Shown one piece after another: positions 31,653 through 41,137 of a stretch of DNA of 64,000 nt; within the stretch, counting starts at the first letter, position 1; each line of letters starts with the position of its first letter. Position numbers and translations under genes: made by a program. Source of the stretch: Salinispira sp. (GTDB taxonomy: Bacteria > Spirochaetota > Spirochaetia > DSM-27196 > Salinispiraceae); contig OZ271918.1 in assembly GCA_965602015.1 (NCBI GenBank), forward strand, positions 3,520,001-3,584,000, given 5' to 3'. The notes under the pieces are model-generated. The model was not told where the DNA came from. It made no database searches and saw only the letters and a list, made by a program, of their open reading frames with translations.

Positions 31653-32230
31653 TTCAAGTCCTCATCGCTGTAGCGAATTCCCCGGCCCTTGCTTCCCGGA
31701 CGGGGCATTTCAATTTTCGCCTTCCAGGCCCTGTCGACATCAGCCTTGGTAAGATGCGGGTTATTGCGAAGGAAATCCCTGGTGTACTGATTGTATTGGT
31801 TGTGATCCTCGATTGGCTGGTCCTTCCTCAACTGGGTTATCTGAGGCCAGGCATCTATGGCATCCCCAAGGGTATAGCCGATATGGGCTTTCATCCACTT
31901 CATAAAGGTGATGCTGAAGCGGAAACCCGGTCCCAGGTGCTTAACAAAAAAGCGGCGCACATTGGGATTGTTGCGGTAGTTATCGGTGATTACCGTTGTC
32001 GGGTAGAGGGTTTCGTTGGTCCAATCGAATTTCGAATCCGTTTTTTTTGCTTTTTCCGCCAGGATTTCACCGGTCCTGAGGTAATGGCTTATCCTGTCAT
32101 GAATCGCGAACTTGCCGCCGCTGCTTGAAAGTCCGAGTTCCCGGGCAATATCTTGCAGTTCGCTGAGGTACCAGTAATAGGAGTCAAAAGTCTCGCCGTC
32201 CAAGTCTTTTGTCAGTTGTGGCCGTGGCAT
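31643..32230 (-). CDS. Conserved protein (SAP-like/DUF6434-type)
   Basis: F..YYWYL.EL, ITDNY.N..NVR.FF, QYNQY.RDF pattern. Confidence 0.6.
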   Translation of the reverse strand: MPRPQLTKDLDGETFDSYYWYLSELQDIARELGLSSSGGKFAIHDRISHYLRTGEILAEKAKKTDSKFDWTNETLYPTTVITDNYRNNPNVRRFFVKHLGPGFRFSITFMKWMKAHIGYTLGDAIDAWPQITQLRKDQPIEDHNQYNQYTRDFLRNNPHLTKADVDRAWKAKIEMPRPGSKGRGIRYSDEDLKWI

Positions 32231-32287
32231 ATCTCTTTATACCACGGAAGCTGGGCGACGCGCAGCAGGTCGTCACCCCTCCTTCCA

Positions 32288-33628
32288 TTACACCAGTATG
32301 TCTTTTTTTGTTAGGACTCTCGCTGCCGCTATCTGACAGAGGGCTGTTAAAGCGCAAAACAACATGACCCTCCAGAGTTCCAGTCCAAAATCCCCTGTGC
32401 CCGCATTTGTGTTCATCCAGGAAAACGGACTGAGGTATCCTATTCCTGTGGCCGCGGGTGAAATTGCCGCAGCCATCGACGAAAGGGATTTAATAAAGTA
32501 GAAGAAAAAAATGAGGCCCAGTGACGGACCGAGGACTGACCGCCCGCGATTCATCAATAATGATATGAGAAGAACCAACGAGCCCATTGCGATTATCAAC
32601 AGATAAACATAGACCGAAATCACAGCGAGATCGCGCACCCGGTACTGGATAAAAATCCTGGATTCGAAGTCTGGCGGCAGGTCAAGTATGGCTATGGCCG
32701 TTTCCATAGAGCCCTGTGTTGAAGCAAACTGATTCAGAATAAGCGAAGGTTGTTCCTCCAGGAACAAGAGAAGCAGTTCCGGTGAGCGGTAGAAAGATTC
32801 TCTCATCTCGCGAAATTCTTCTCGCTGCCCGCGAACATCTTTGAGAAAACCCTCCATCTCCGACGGGGCGACCCCCAGTACACTCATATATTCCTCGGGA
32901 CTTTCAAGAACCCGTGAGAAAAACTCTTCAGGGCCCTGAGCCGCCTCCTCAATAAGCTCATTCATGGCTTCAAGGTCCAGATCCATCTCATCAAGTTCTG
33001 TGGTATTAGCCGTCAGTAAGCTCGAAGCATAGGAAAGGGAGATTGAGGAGAAACTTTCATCGTCAAGGTCAAATGCGTCGTAAATACGCCCCGGATGCCG
33101 ATGTATCTGTTCGGTCAGAATGGCCTGGTCGCTGGGGAGCAGTGAAAGCATGCGCGGGGCTTCATGTTTAACCGCCTCGAGAGCGGCGATGCTGGTTAGA
33201 AAGAACAGGATGGCCAGCAATCCGGTATAACTTATAAGAACCGCAGATTTGCTGATAAAAATGGAGCTCCTGCTTACTGGTTTTGTAAACAAGAACTCCG
33301 CAGTCTTGTCCGCTTCTTCTCTTGCCAGCAGATTCCCGGCCAGAACCGCTGCGAAAATACAGGCGAGAATAATGTTATATATAGAGTTATACGTCACGTA
33401 GAACCCTGAGAGACTGCTCATGCTGTAAATGTCAGCTCCGAAGGCCGCAAGAACCCCCTTCATCATCGGGTTTTCGAACAATGCCTCCATTTGAAGCAGC
33501 AGGCCGTCTGCGTTTATCGCCGGGTAAAACATCATGCCGAAAAACAATAATCCGCAGATGGCAGCGCTCCATATTGCGAAAGACCTGAAGTTTCGCCTCA
33601 TTTCCATTCTGTAAATTGTCAGGTTCAT
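32288..33628 (-). CDS. ABC-2 permease with large acidic insertion
   Basis: EE..KTAEFL.TKPVSR, YLSPF; ~175-aa soluble acidic segment between TM helices. Confidence 0.8.
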   Translation of the reverse strand: MNLTIYRMEMRRNFRSFAIWSAAICGLLFFGMMFYPAINADGLLLQMEALFENPMMKGVLAAFGADIYSMSSLSGFYVTYNSIYNIILACIFAAVLAGNLLAREEADKTAEFLFTKPVSRSSIFISKSAVLISYTGLLAILFFLTSIAALEAVKHEAPRMLSLLPSDQAILTEQIHRHPGRIYDAFDLDDESFSSISLSYASSLLTANTTELDEMDLDLEAMNELIEEAAQGPEEFFSRVLESPEEYMSVLGVAPSEMEGFLKDVRGQREEFREMRESFYRSPELLLLFLEEQPSLILNQFASTQGSMETAIAILDLPPDFESRIFIQYRVRDLAVISVYVYLLIIAMGSLVLLISLLMNRGRSVLGPSLGLIFFFYFIKSLSSMAAAISPAATGIGYLSPFSWMNTNAGTGDFGLELWRVMLFCALTALCQIAAARVLTKKDILV

Positions 33629-34560
33629 GGGCTTGCCTCGTTCTCGTCGTAGTAGTGCATGAAAATATCTTCCAGTCCCGGATCTTCAATTACGGCGTCG
33701 CTTATGTCGATTTTTGACAGGCCTCTCATCAGTTCCCTCACGTCGCCGCCATACAGGCCCTCGGCTCCTCTGGTGCCCGCTCTAATATCGGAAGCCTGAG
33801 GGAAGAGGGATTCCAGTTCGCTCAACGTGTAGCCCGCATGGTGTTCAAAAACCAGTCTGAAGCGTTTCAGGTAGAGTTGTTTGAGTTGATCAATGCCGCT
33901 GACCGTCATCATTCTGCCCTCGCGGATAATTCCCACCCTGCTGCACAAGCGCTCAACCTCAGATAGGGTATGAGACGAGAAGAAGATGGTTGCGCCTCGG
34001 GACTGTTCCTCGCGGAGAATATCGTAAAATCTCGATTGGATGAGGGGATCCAGACCGCTGGTCGGCTCATCTAAAATGAGAAGTTCGGGCAGATGCACAA
34101 GAGCTTGGATGATTGCGACTTTTTTTCTGTTGCCCAACGACAAATCGGAAATGCGCCGCTTGAGGTCCAGTTTGAGCCGTTCGCTGTACTCGGCGATTAT
34201 CTGCTGCCCGTCGACCTCGAGCAAATCCGCAGCGTAGTTCAGAAGCTGGCCGGTTGTAACTCCGTCATAATAGTTCAATTCCGCCGGCACGAATCCGATT
34301 CTCCGCCTGACTGAAGCGCCGTGCTGTGCCGCATCTTCACCGAACAAACGAACGGTTCCGGAATCCGGAAAGAGCAGACCGAGGATTGTTCGAATCGCCG
34401 TGGACTTGCCGGCACCGTTGGGACCGATAAAGCCGAAAATCTCGCCGGATTGGACCGTAAGATCCACATCGATGATTCCCCGGCTTTTGCCGTAAAATTT
34501 GGTCAGCTTTGAAGTTTCCAGTACCGGTGCGCCTGAATTAACGTTCATTGATTCGCTCAC
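33625..34560 (-). CDS. ABC transporter ATP-binding protein
   Basis: GPNGAGKST, LSLGN, LILDEPT, SSH. Confidence 0.95.
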   Translation of the reverse strand: MSESMNVNSGAPVLETSKLTKFYGKSRGIIDVDLTVQSGEIFGFIGPNGAGKSTAIRTILGLLFPDSGTVRLFGEDAAQHGASVRRRIGFVPAELNYYDGVTTGQLLNYAADLLEVDGQQIIAEYSERLKLDLKRRISDLSLGNRKKVAIIQALVHLPELLILDEPTSGLDPLIQSRFYDILREEQSRGATIFFSSHTLSEVERLCSRVGIIREGRMMTVSGIDQLKQLYLKRFRLVFEHHAGYTLSELESLFPQASDIRAGTRGAEGLYGGDVRELMRGLSKIDISDAVIEDPGLEDIFMHYYDENEASP

Positions 34561-35159
34561 TCTCGGATAAGTCGTTCGACAGCGGAATCGAGATGCAGTT
34601 CGATGACGTCGTTGAAGATCTCTTTTCCGATATCCTCTTTGTGCAGGAAGAGAAAGAAAAGTGATCTGAACACGCCAGCGACCAGCCGAGGGTCATCAAT
34701 CAACAATTTGCCTTTCTGCCGCCAAATTTCGATCAGCTCGCGTGAGAAATCCACGTCGGCCTGCATTGCCTCCTCAAGCTGCTCGGGAGTGAATTTTTGC
34801 CGCAGATACTCGAACTCTGCCTTGCTCAGAAGACGGCGAAAAAACGGATCCGAGCCGACCTTCATCAGCACAGCAGACATGACGGTTTTCAGACGGGTGC
34901 GATCATTTACGCCTTCTTCGGCAAGAAGAGCGCTCATTTCCTGCTGCTGCCGGTTTTCATATTCCCTGATAATGGCGAAGTACAAGTCTTCCTTTGAGGC
35001 AAAGAATTGATAGAATGCCCCCTTGGAGATTCCCGCCGCTTGGGCCAAATCGTCCACGCTGGTTTTTTTTATTCCCACATTTCCAAAGGCCTTCCGGCCC
35101 CCGTCGATCAAGCTGCTCCTGATATTGAGTTTTTCTGTTTCACTGAAAGCCCTGGGCAC
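34557..35159 (-). CDS. TetR/AcrR-family regulator
   Basis: PRAFSE.EK..KTSVDDLA..AGISKGAFYQFF.SKE; GTG start after CAGGAG. Confidence 0.92.
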   Translation of the reverse strand: MPRAFSETEKLNIRSSLIDGGRKAFGNVGIKKTSVDDLAQAAGISKGAFYQFFASKEDLYFAIIREYENRQQQEMSALLAEEGVNDRTRLKTVMSAVLMKVGSDPFFRRLLSKAEFEYLRQKFTPEQLEEAMQADVDFSRELIEIWRQKGKLLIDDPRLVAGVFRSLFFLFLHKEDIGKEIFNDVIELHLDSAVERLIRE

Positions 35160-35179
35160 AACAATCTCCTGAAACCATG

Positions 35180-35203
35180 TGACTATAAATATAAATATAG
35201 TCA
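35180..35203. promoter_or_regulatory. Candidate TetR operator TGACTATA-N8-TATAGTCA
   Basis: Perfect 8-bp inverted repeat about 20 bp upstream of the tetR start. Confidence 0.7.
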
Positions 35204-35388
35204 AATGGTAAGCTCATCGATATTTTTTGTCAAGGAGTTGAGCTGCCGCGTATGAGATTGAGGTTTGCTCGTAGAGATAGCCCGCCGATGTCCGCCTTTA
35301 AGCGGCCAATCATATGCTTGTCCTGTCCAGCGAGAGATGCCGGAAAAGCGTTTTGACTGACAATCGCGATCCATACTATGCTTTTTAT

Positions 35389-35847
35389 ATGATAGATTTG
35401 ATATTTGCGGGGATCGGGACTGCGGCTTCGGCCGTAAGGACGGCCAAATCACTGGCGACTTCCAGAAAAGGCGCCGAACGATCGTTCCTTCTATCGGTCC
35501 AGCAGAATATTCAGCTACTCGAGGAATTCCGAAAGAACGAGCTGTCAGCGGAAAAACTGATTCCTGAGCTCGAAACCCGGGCGTTCGCCGAGTTATACGG
35601 CACCTCTTACCGTTTTACCCGTTTGCAGCGGAATAAGGTATCTGCAAAGTCGACCAGCAATATCAGGTCATTAAAACGCTACGAAGGATGGGACACAGAA
35701 AAGCTTGTGGTCAACATCTTCACCAAAATAACTCATCTTCAGAAGATTATTAGAATCGGGTACCCTGAAGGGAAGTATGATATGCCCCGGCGACTACTAA
35801 ATCTGCTTGGCCTGTTTATTCTTTTGACCCGGCATATTCAGAAATAG
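35389..35847 (+). CDS. Hypothetical protein
   Basis: ORF from MIDLIF; TTGACT/TATGCT promoter-like elements directly upstream. Confidence 0.6.
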   Translation: MIDLIFAGIGTAASAVRTAKSLATSRKGAERSFLLSVQQNIQLLEEFRKNELSAEKLIPELETRAFAELYGTSYRFTRLQRNKVSAKSTSNIRSLKRYEGWDTEKLVVNIFTKITHLQKIIRIGYPEGKYDMPRRLLNLLGLFILLTRHIQK

Positions 35848-35897
35848 TTCGCGAATTAGGGGGCGTCTCGCTTTTTTCACCGCACACAGGAGGGAGT

Positions 35898-36512
35898 ATG
35901 GATTTTGAAGTCTGGATGAACGCGTTTCTCGCCTTTTTTGCCATACTCAACCCGGTTGGAAATATTCCGATTTTTTCTGAGATGACCGACGGTCTCAATC
36001 CCGGAACCCGAGTGAAGGTTTTTAATGTGGCCATCCTTACCGGGGCGGCTACCTTAATGATCATGAGTCTCAGCGGAAGATGGATAATGGCGGCGGTTTT
36101 TCAGATTGATATTCTGGAGTTCAGAATTGCCGGGGGCATTCTGCTGCTGGTAATCGCTATCAAATATATCGTATTTCCAAGCAAGGAGACCGTACTTGAG
36201 TCCAGTCCCGAGGAGCGGGAAGCCAAGGCGATGGAAATGAGCGTTATTCCCATGGCGGTTCCCCTCATGGTGGGGCCTGGATCCATCGTCACCGGAATTA
36301 TCATCCTCGACCGCGACGGCGTGCTCATTACTGTCACTTCGATGATTGCGGTATTCCTTTTCAGTTGGGTCTTGTTCCAGCAGTCCCATCATATCAGTAG
36401 GCTGATGGGCCGGATAGGCCGTATGGTTATCGGGCGCATCCTCTGGATTTTTATCGCCGCCATCGGCGTTCATTTTCTCATCTCGGGAATCCGTGAAATC
36501 TTCGGAATTTAA
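35898..36512 (+). CDS. marC: MarC-family membrane protein
   Basis: ILNPVGNIP, FRIAGGILL, PMAVPLMVGPGSI. Confidence 0.9.
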   Translation: MDFEVWMNAFLAFFAILNPVGNIPIFSEMTDGLNPGTRVKVFNVAILTGAATLMIMSLSGRWIMAAVFQIDILEFRIAGGILLLVIAIKYIVFPSKETVLESSPEEREAKAMEMSVIPMAVPLMVGPGSIVTGIIILDRDGVLITVTSMIAVFLFSWVLFQQSHHISRLMGRIGRMVIGRILWIFIAAIGVHFLISGIREIFGI

Positions 36513-36543
36513 GGGCCTGGTAACCGGCCAGTGATTAACCACC

Positions 36544-36566
36544 CCCCCGGGAAGGTCTCCCGGGGG
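36544..36566. terminator. GC hairpin between convergent genes, possible bidirectional terminator
   Basis: CCCCCGGGA-AGGTC-TCCCGGGGG; no clear U-tract. Confidence 0.5.
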
Positions 36567-36576
36567 AACTTGGCGG

Positions 36577-37257
36577 CTACCGGACGATTTTTACTCCGAA
36601 CATGGGCGTCTGAAGAGCGCCGTACGCCCGTACCCAGAGGGGAAGGAACATCTCGGTGCCCCGGGCTTGGGTGATATCTCCCAGGTCGATTATGTCCTTC
36701 CATCCGAACCATTCCTGCAGATATGAGGCGGTTTGACTTTTTGCATCTTCATCGTTACCTGCCATGAATACGCTGTGGTCTCCCGAAATGGCGCCGGGGT
36801 TCACCATCAATGCGGCGGTGACGGTGTTCAGGGTTTTTACGACCCTTGCTCCCGGAAGAGCATTCTGAACCTGCTCGCCCAGGGAATCAGTGTTGGAAAT
36901 AAAGAGGCTCGGAGGCATGCCGTTGGAAAAATCCAGGGGATTCGCGATATCCCAAACGAGTTTCCCCTCGACGGATTCCTTTGGCAGGGCAGACATTACA
37001 GTCACCGTTGCCTTTCCCGACAGGGCGATGATTATCAGTTCCCCTGCCTCGGCTGCCTCGGCGAAGGTGGCAAGGCGGATGGACTGGTTGCCGCTGTACC
37101 ATTCGGCGAACGACGGGCTCCCCCAGGCGTCCTTTTCGTTGTTGTTTTTGGTTTTTTCCGGATCCCTGGTGCCCAGATATACATCATGACCGTGGTCCTG
37201 GAGAAAAGCGCTCATAACCCTGCCGACGGTGCCGGTGCCCAATACTGAAATTTTCAT
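36577..37257 (-). CDS. NADPH-dependent F420 reductase-like dinucleotide-binding oxidoreductase
   Basis: VLGTGTVG, DIANPLDF, SLGEQVQ, VVKTLNT, DLGDI..AR.TE. Confidence 0.87.
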   Translation of the reverse strand: MKISVLGTGTVGRVMSAFLQDHGHDVYLGTRDPEKTKNNNEKDAWGSPSFAEWYSGNQSIRLATFAEAAEAGELIIIALSGKATVTVMSALPKESVEGKLVWDIANPLDFSNGMPPSLFISNTDSLGEQVQNALPGARVVKTLNTVTAALMVNPGAISGDHSVFMAGNDEDAKSQTASYLQEWFGWKDIIDLGDITQARGTEMFLPLWVRAYGALQTPMFGVKIVR

Positions 37258-37374
37258 ACTGCTCTCCTTCTGCGGGAATGCCCCGCCGATTTTCCTGTTT
37301 TGTTGCAGACCATAGACGACGGTCCGCGTTTCAACGCCTTGTACTATCCAAGCGTGCTACTCACATTATATTAG

Positions 37375-37390
37375 TTGTACACACAAATAT
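37375..37390. promoter_or_regulatory. Candidate MarR operator, copy upstream of the oxidoreductase (TTGTACACACAAATAT)
   Basis: 15/16 identical to 37841-37856; TTGT-N4-ACAA core. Confidence 0.65.
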
Positions 37391-37406
37391 ATCCGGGTAA
37401 AAAAAT

Positions 37407-37838
37407 CTATTCGGTCTCCAGCGCCTCGCTCACTTTATTAAGCTCTGCCGCAAGTTTATTCCCCTCTTCGGTACCGAGAATATCTGCATATCGGCGCCAC
37501 ACCCGTTTCCACCCTTCTGATAGTTCCTCATGTATTTCAAGACCCTTGTCGGTTGATTCCAGATAGGTCGTCCGGCCATCCTTTTTCCTGTGCATGAGTC
37601 CCTTGTTCTCAAGTTTATCGACGAAACGGGTGAGGGTAGAAGGCGCAAGGTTGAGAACTGAGGCCAGTTCGTTCTGGGTCATGCCCGGATGCTCATTGAC
37701 CACCATGACAGCAAAGCCCGCCGACGGGGCGAGACCGATTCTGGCAAATTCATCCTCGGCCCATCGGTTTAATACCCGCTGAAGTTTGGTGGCGGTGAAA
37801 TATAGACATTGTGTAAGTAAGTGTTCAGTCTTTGCCAT
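37407..37838 (-). CDS. MarR-family regulator
   Basis: TQNELA..L.LAPSTLTRFVDKLE.KG...R..DGR; start placed at MAKTEH. Confidence 0.92.
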   Translation of the reverse strand: MAKTEHLLTQCLYFTATKLQRVLNRWAEDEFARIGLAPSAGFAVMVVNEHPGMTQNELASVLNLAPSTLTRFVDKLENKGLMHRKKDGRTTYLESTDKGLEIHEELSEGWKRVWRRYADILGTEEGNKLAAELNKVSEALETE

Positions 37839-37840
37839 GC

Positions 37841-37856
37841 TTGTACATACAAATAT
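37841..37856. promoter_or_regulatory. Candidate MarR operator, copy upstream of marR (TTGTACATACAAATAT)
   Basis: Abuts the marR start codon; repeated upstream of the downstream gene. Confidence 0.65.
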
Positions 37857-38119
37857 CATACATAATTTTTATCGTCAAGGGGGGTCAGCCAATTTCGAAA
37901 TCACGGGAAAAAACTCCTGCTGAAAAGGAGTAGGTCGATTGCACATTGACATTAGATTTCCCGCGGTCTCCATTTTCTAGTTTTTATTGTGTAGATAGCT
38001 TTTACTTGATGCCAAAGTATATAAAAGATGGCAGACGCACAGCTTGGAAGCCTGGAATGCTGCGGATTTCGGGGGATTGACCATGTGCAATTGCCAATAG
38101 TGCCTGGTAGTATAAACCC

Positions 38120-39073
38120 ATGCTGTTTTTTTCCGACTGTACCCGTTTGTATACTCCATCCGGTCCGGTTTCACAGCTAAATGCAGTGTATCGTTGCGGA
38201 CTCGGCTTCCGCCTTTTTGATTTCGCCAATAACACCGATCAGATTCTGCTGTTATGCAATACCTTTGAAGGCGACCTCGAGTTTGACGACGGGGGCTACC
38301 TTGGAATTGGGGAGTTCAGCTTGCTGCACGGGCGGAGTAGGGTTCTCGCAGAAGATAAAGCCCCGCAGTTCAATGATGCGGTTTGGCACAGCGCGGCACA
38401 TGCTGAATCTATGAGCGGGAACAGCGCATTGTTGTTCGCCATGAGTTCAGCTTTTTTTAATGAAATGCTCTCGTTTCTCTCAATCGACATGGATTTCAGC
38501 GAACTTATGGAGTTTGAAGCTTTTCTCATGGATTCCGACATGCTCGAACTGGTGATGGGAGCATCGGCTCATATAGCAGTCTATCCCCGTGAAAGAACAA
38601 GAGACCGGTTGACGATAGACCGCTGGTATTCAAGTCTCGAAGATTATGCCATGGAGCTTTTCCATCATTACCTGCGATTCCTGCTCATAAAGCAGCGGGC
38701 CGTTGATGCGGGTATTGGCAAAAGGGACCAGACACGGCGCGATGTGATTCATGCGCTATTAAAGGCAAAGGGATATATTGAACGCAACTATATGGAAAAA
38801 ATCGACAGCCGCAGCATCTCGGCTTTTGCGGGAATTTCCCACTATCATTTTCACCGGCTTTTTAAACAGATTTTTGCCGCAACTCCCGGGCAATACCTCA
38901 CCCGCTACCGGCTGAATGAAGCCCGTAAGATGATTCGCTACCACGACGCCAGGGTCACAGACGCGGCTCTGGAAGTGGGGTACGATAGCCTGAGTTCGTT
39001 TATTCATGCGTTTGAACTGCAGTTCGGATATAGCCCGAAAAACAGTAATAAGCCCTTGCCGCCCAAAAGTTAG
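38120..39073 (+). CDS. AraC-family regulator
   Basis: C-terminal S.YHFHRLFK..TPGQY..R..EA..VGYDSLSSF; start uncertain. Confidence 0.85.
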   Translation: MLFFSDCTRLYTPSGPVSQLNAVYRCGLGFRLFDFANNTDQILLLCNTFEGDLEFDDGGYLGIGEFSLLHGRSRVLAEDKAPQFNDAVWHSAAHAESMSGNSALLFAMSSAFFNEMLSFLSIDMDFSELMEFEAFLMDSDMLELVMGASAHIAVYPRERTRDRLTIDRWYSSLEDYAMELFHHYLRFLLIKQRAVDAGIGKRDQTRRDVIHALLKAKGYIERNYMEKIDSRSISAFAGISHYHFHRLFKQIFAATPGQYLTRYRLNEARKMIRYHDARVTDAALEVGYDSLSSFIHAFELQFGYSPKNSNKPLPPKS

Positions 39074-39199
39074 CAATCTGCGACAATTAGCCGGGTAATA
39101 TTTCGGCTATATTGATATCAGCAGCTGCCGGAATGGTTCCATTCCTGATGGATTTCCGGTGGACATAGTCGAATCTGCAATTGTTCTGAGGAGGACAAC

Positions 39200-39517
39200 A
39201 TGCCGAGTATACGTGCTGAAAATGTAAATCATCCGGGATATTCCGAGCCGCTGAACGAGACCAAATACAAGTACATACGGGAGGCGATTCTGGCCTCCCT
39301 TGACCGATTTGCCGGCAGCAGCAATGAGGGAATGAGGTTCACCGATCTTGAACAGGCGGTCGACAGCTATATTGATGAGCAAGCCATACCCAGAAGCCTG
39401 TTCCCCAAACCCGGGTCAGTCCGCTGGTATACCAAATCTGTTCAGCTAGACCTTGAGGCCAAAGACCTGATTGAACGGGTACCGGAGAAACGCCCACTGC
39501 GGTTTCGGAGGAAGTAG
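39200..39517 (+). CDS. Small conserved protein (DUF6958-like, winged-helix-like)
   Basis: GSV.WY.K.V.LDLEA...IER motif; RBS GAGGAGG. Confidence 0.6.
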   Translation: MPSIRAENVNHPGYSEPLNETKYKYIREAILASLDRFAGSSNEGMRFTDLEQAVDSYIDEQAIPRSLFPKPGSVRWYTKSVQLDLEAKDLIERVPEKRPLRFRRK

Positions 39518-39679
39518 GCTGACAAAACGGCTGGGGCTGGGTAGACATTGCGCTGCCCAACCGTTCTATGTGGCATTAAATGTCATTGATTTAAGGAGCT
39601 TCGCCTGCAGGGTAAAAAAGAACAGGCTGCAATTTCCTGCATTGTAATCGTCTCGACTGTAGTTCTTCAGATTGGCTAT

Positions 39680-40381
39680 GTGCTGACTCTCGCGCGTTTC
39701 ATGTATTGGGTGAATATCGTGATGTTTACGGCATTTCTCGGGTTTGCCATACAGAAAAGACGTTTTGCTCTAATCAACCTGTTTCTTCTCTTCCTTGCCA
39801 TTCATGTATCAGGCCGGGTGCTGTTATTGCGGTACTGGAACCTGGTTTCCGGATTTATAATGTACTCGCTGATTTCCTTTGCGGTCCCGCAAATGAGAAA
39901 ACAGCAAAACTGGTTTCGTATGGGTACCATCGACAAAAAATCAGGGGTGTATCTTCTTGTAACGATTGTCCTGTCCAGTGCGGTTCTCATATTCTGGTAT
40001 TTCACCGCTAAGCCCGATTTAAGCGCTATGACTGAAGCGCTCATTTCCCACAGCGTAGCGGTTAAGATAGCGGCAGTAATTATCTTCGCTCTGATAAATG
40101 CAGTCACCGAAGAATGCATTTTCGACGGAGTGCTTTTCCATGCCTCTGAGAAAGCGTTCCGCAGCCCTGCGGTCGTCATCCTTATTTCGGCAGTTTCGTA
40201 CAGCATCGTTCACTACTATGGCATCCCTAACGGATTCAGCGGAGTGCTTCTTTCATTTATATACGGGGGTTTAATGCTCGGTGTATTGCGATATCTAACC
40301 GGCGGAATACTTATGCCTATCCTCGCCCATATTGCGGCGGATGTAACAATAGCTTTGCTGGCGTTCGGGTTTATTTCTTAA
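39680..40381 (+). CDS. CPBP (CAAX/Abi) intramembrane metalloprotease
   Basis: TEECIFDG (EExxF), YSIVHY, AHIAAD. Confidence 0.8.
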   Translation: MLTLARFMYWVNIVMFTAFLGFAIQKRRFALINLFLLFLAIHVSGRVLLLRYWNLVSGFIMYSLISFAVPQMRKQQNWFRMGTIDKKSGVYLLVTIVLSSAVLIFWYFTAKPDLSAMTEALISHSVAVKIAAVIIFALINAVTEECIFDGVLFHASEKAFRSPAVVILISAVSYSIVHYYGIPNGFSGVLLSFIYGGLMLGVLRYLTGGILMPILAHIAADVTIALLAFGFIS

Positions 40382-40436
40382 AATCAATTGACTGGTACTT
40401 ATTCAATTATTCCATTTTCAACGTATACTTGAAAAT

Positions 40437-41129
40437 ATGTTTGCCGACGATATCCGGCGGTTTTGCCAGAGCCACGGGCCGGACAAGCCCAATGACAGTG
40501 AGCGGCATAGCGGGTCGCCAAAGAGGCACTACGGCCTGAGCAATCCGACAATGCGGAACTTCGTAAAAAGCTGGAAAGCCCGGCATTCCGGGCTTGGTTA
40601 CCGGGAGTGGGAGGAAACCTTGAGCCGACTGTATGCCGGTGATTCGATAGACGAGTGCTGCATCGCTGGTATGCTGCTTGGCCAGTTTCCCCGTTTCAGG
40701 CGAGAACTGCCCCTCCCTGTGCTCGATACCTGGATAGCCGGGCTACGCGGCTGGAGAGAAATCGATACCACCTGTCAGTCGAATTTTACCGCCGATGAGC
40801 TGCTCCTATCATGGAACGATTGGAATCGGTTTCTCGAGGTTTTTTCCCAAAAAGAAAGTATAAGCCATCGCCGGGCGAGCTTGGTGCTAATGGTAAAGCC
40901 TCTTCGCGATTCAGATGATTCCCGCTTGCTTGAACGGGCATTGAAGAATGTCGATGCGCTCAAATCTGAGAAGGATATTCTCATTTCGAAGGCAGTTTCC
41001 TGGGTTTTGCGCTCGGCGATAAAGAACCATACATCGGCGGCGCAAGGCTATGTGGCCAGCAATGCGGAGACGCTGCCGCCCATTGCTGTTCGGGAATTCC
41101 GCAGGAAACTGGAAACCGGCATAAAATGA
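40437..41129 (+). CDS. DNA alkylation repair (AlkD-like) protein
   Basis: W..ID, RRASLV, ISKAVSWVLR. Confidence 0.8.
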   Translation: MFADDIRRFCQSHGPDKPNDSERHSGSPKRHYGLSNPTMRNFVKSWKARHSGLGYREWEETLSRLYAGDSIDECCIAGMLLGQFPRFRRELPLPVLDTWIAGLRGWREIDTTCQSNFTADELLLSWNDWNRFLEVFSQKESISHRRASLVLMVKPLRDSDDSRLLERALKNVDALKSEKDILISKAVSWVLRSAIKNHTSAAQGYVASNAETLPPIAVREFRRKLETGIK

Positions 41130-41137
41130 GGCCCAAT

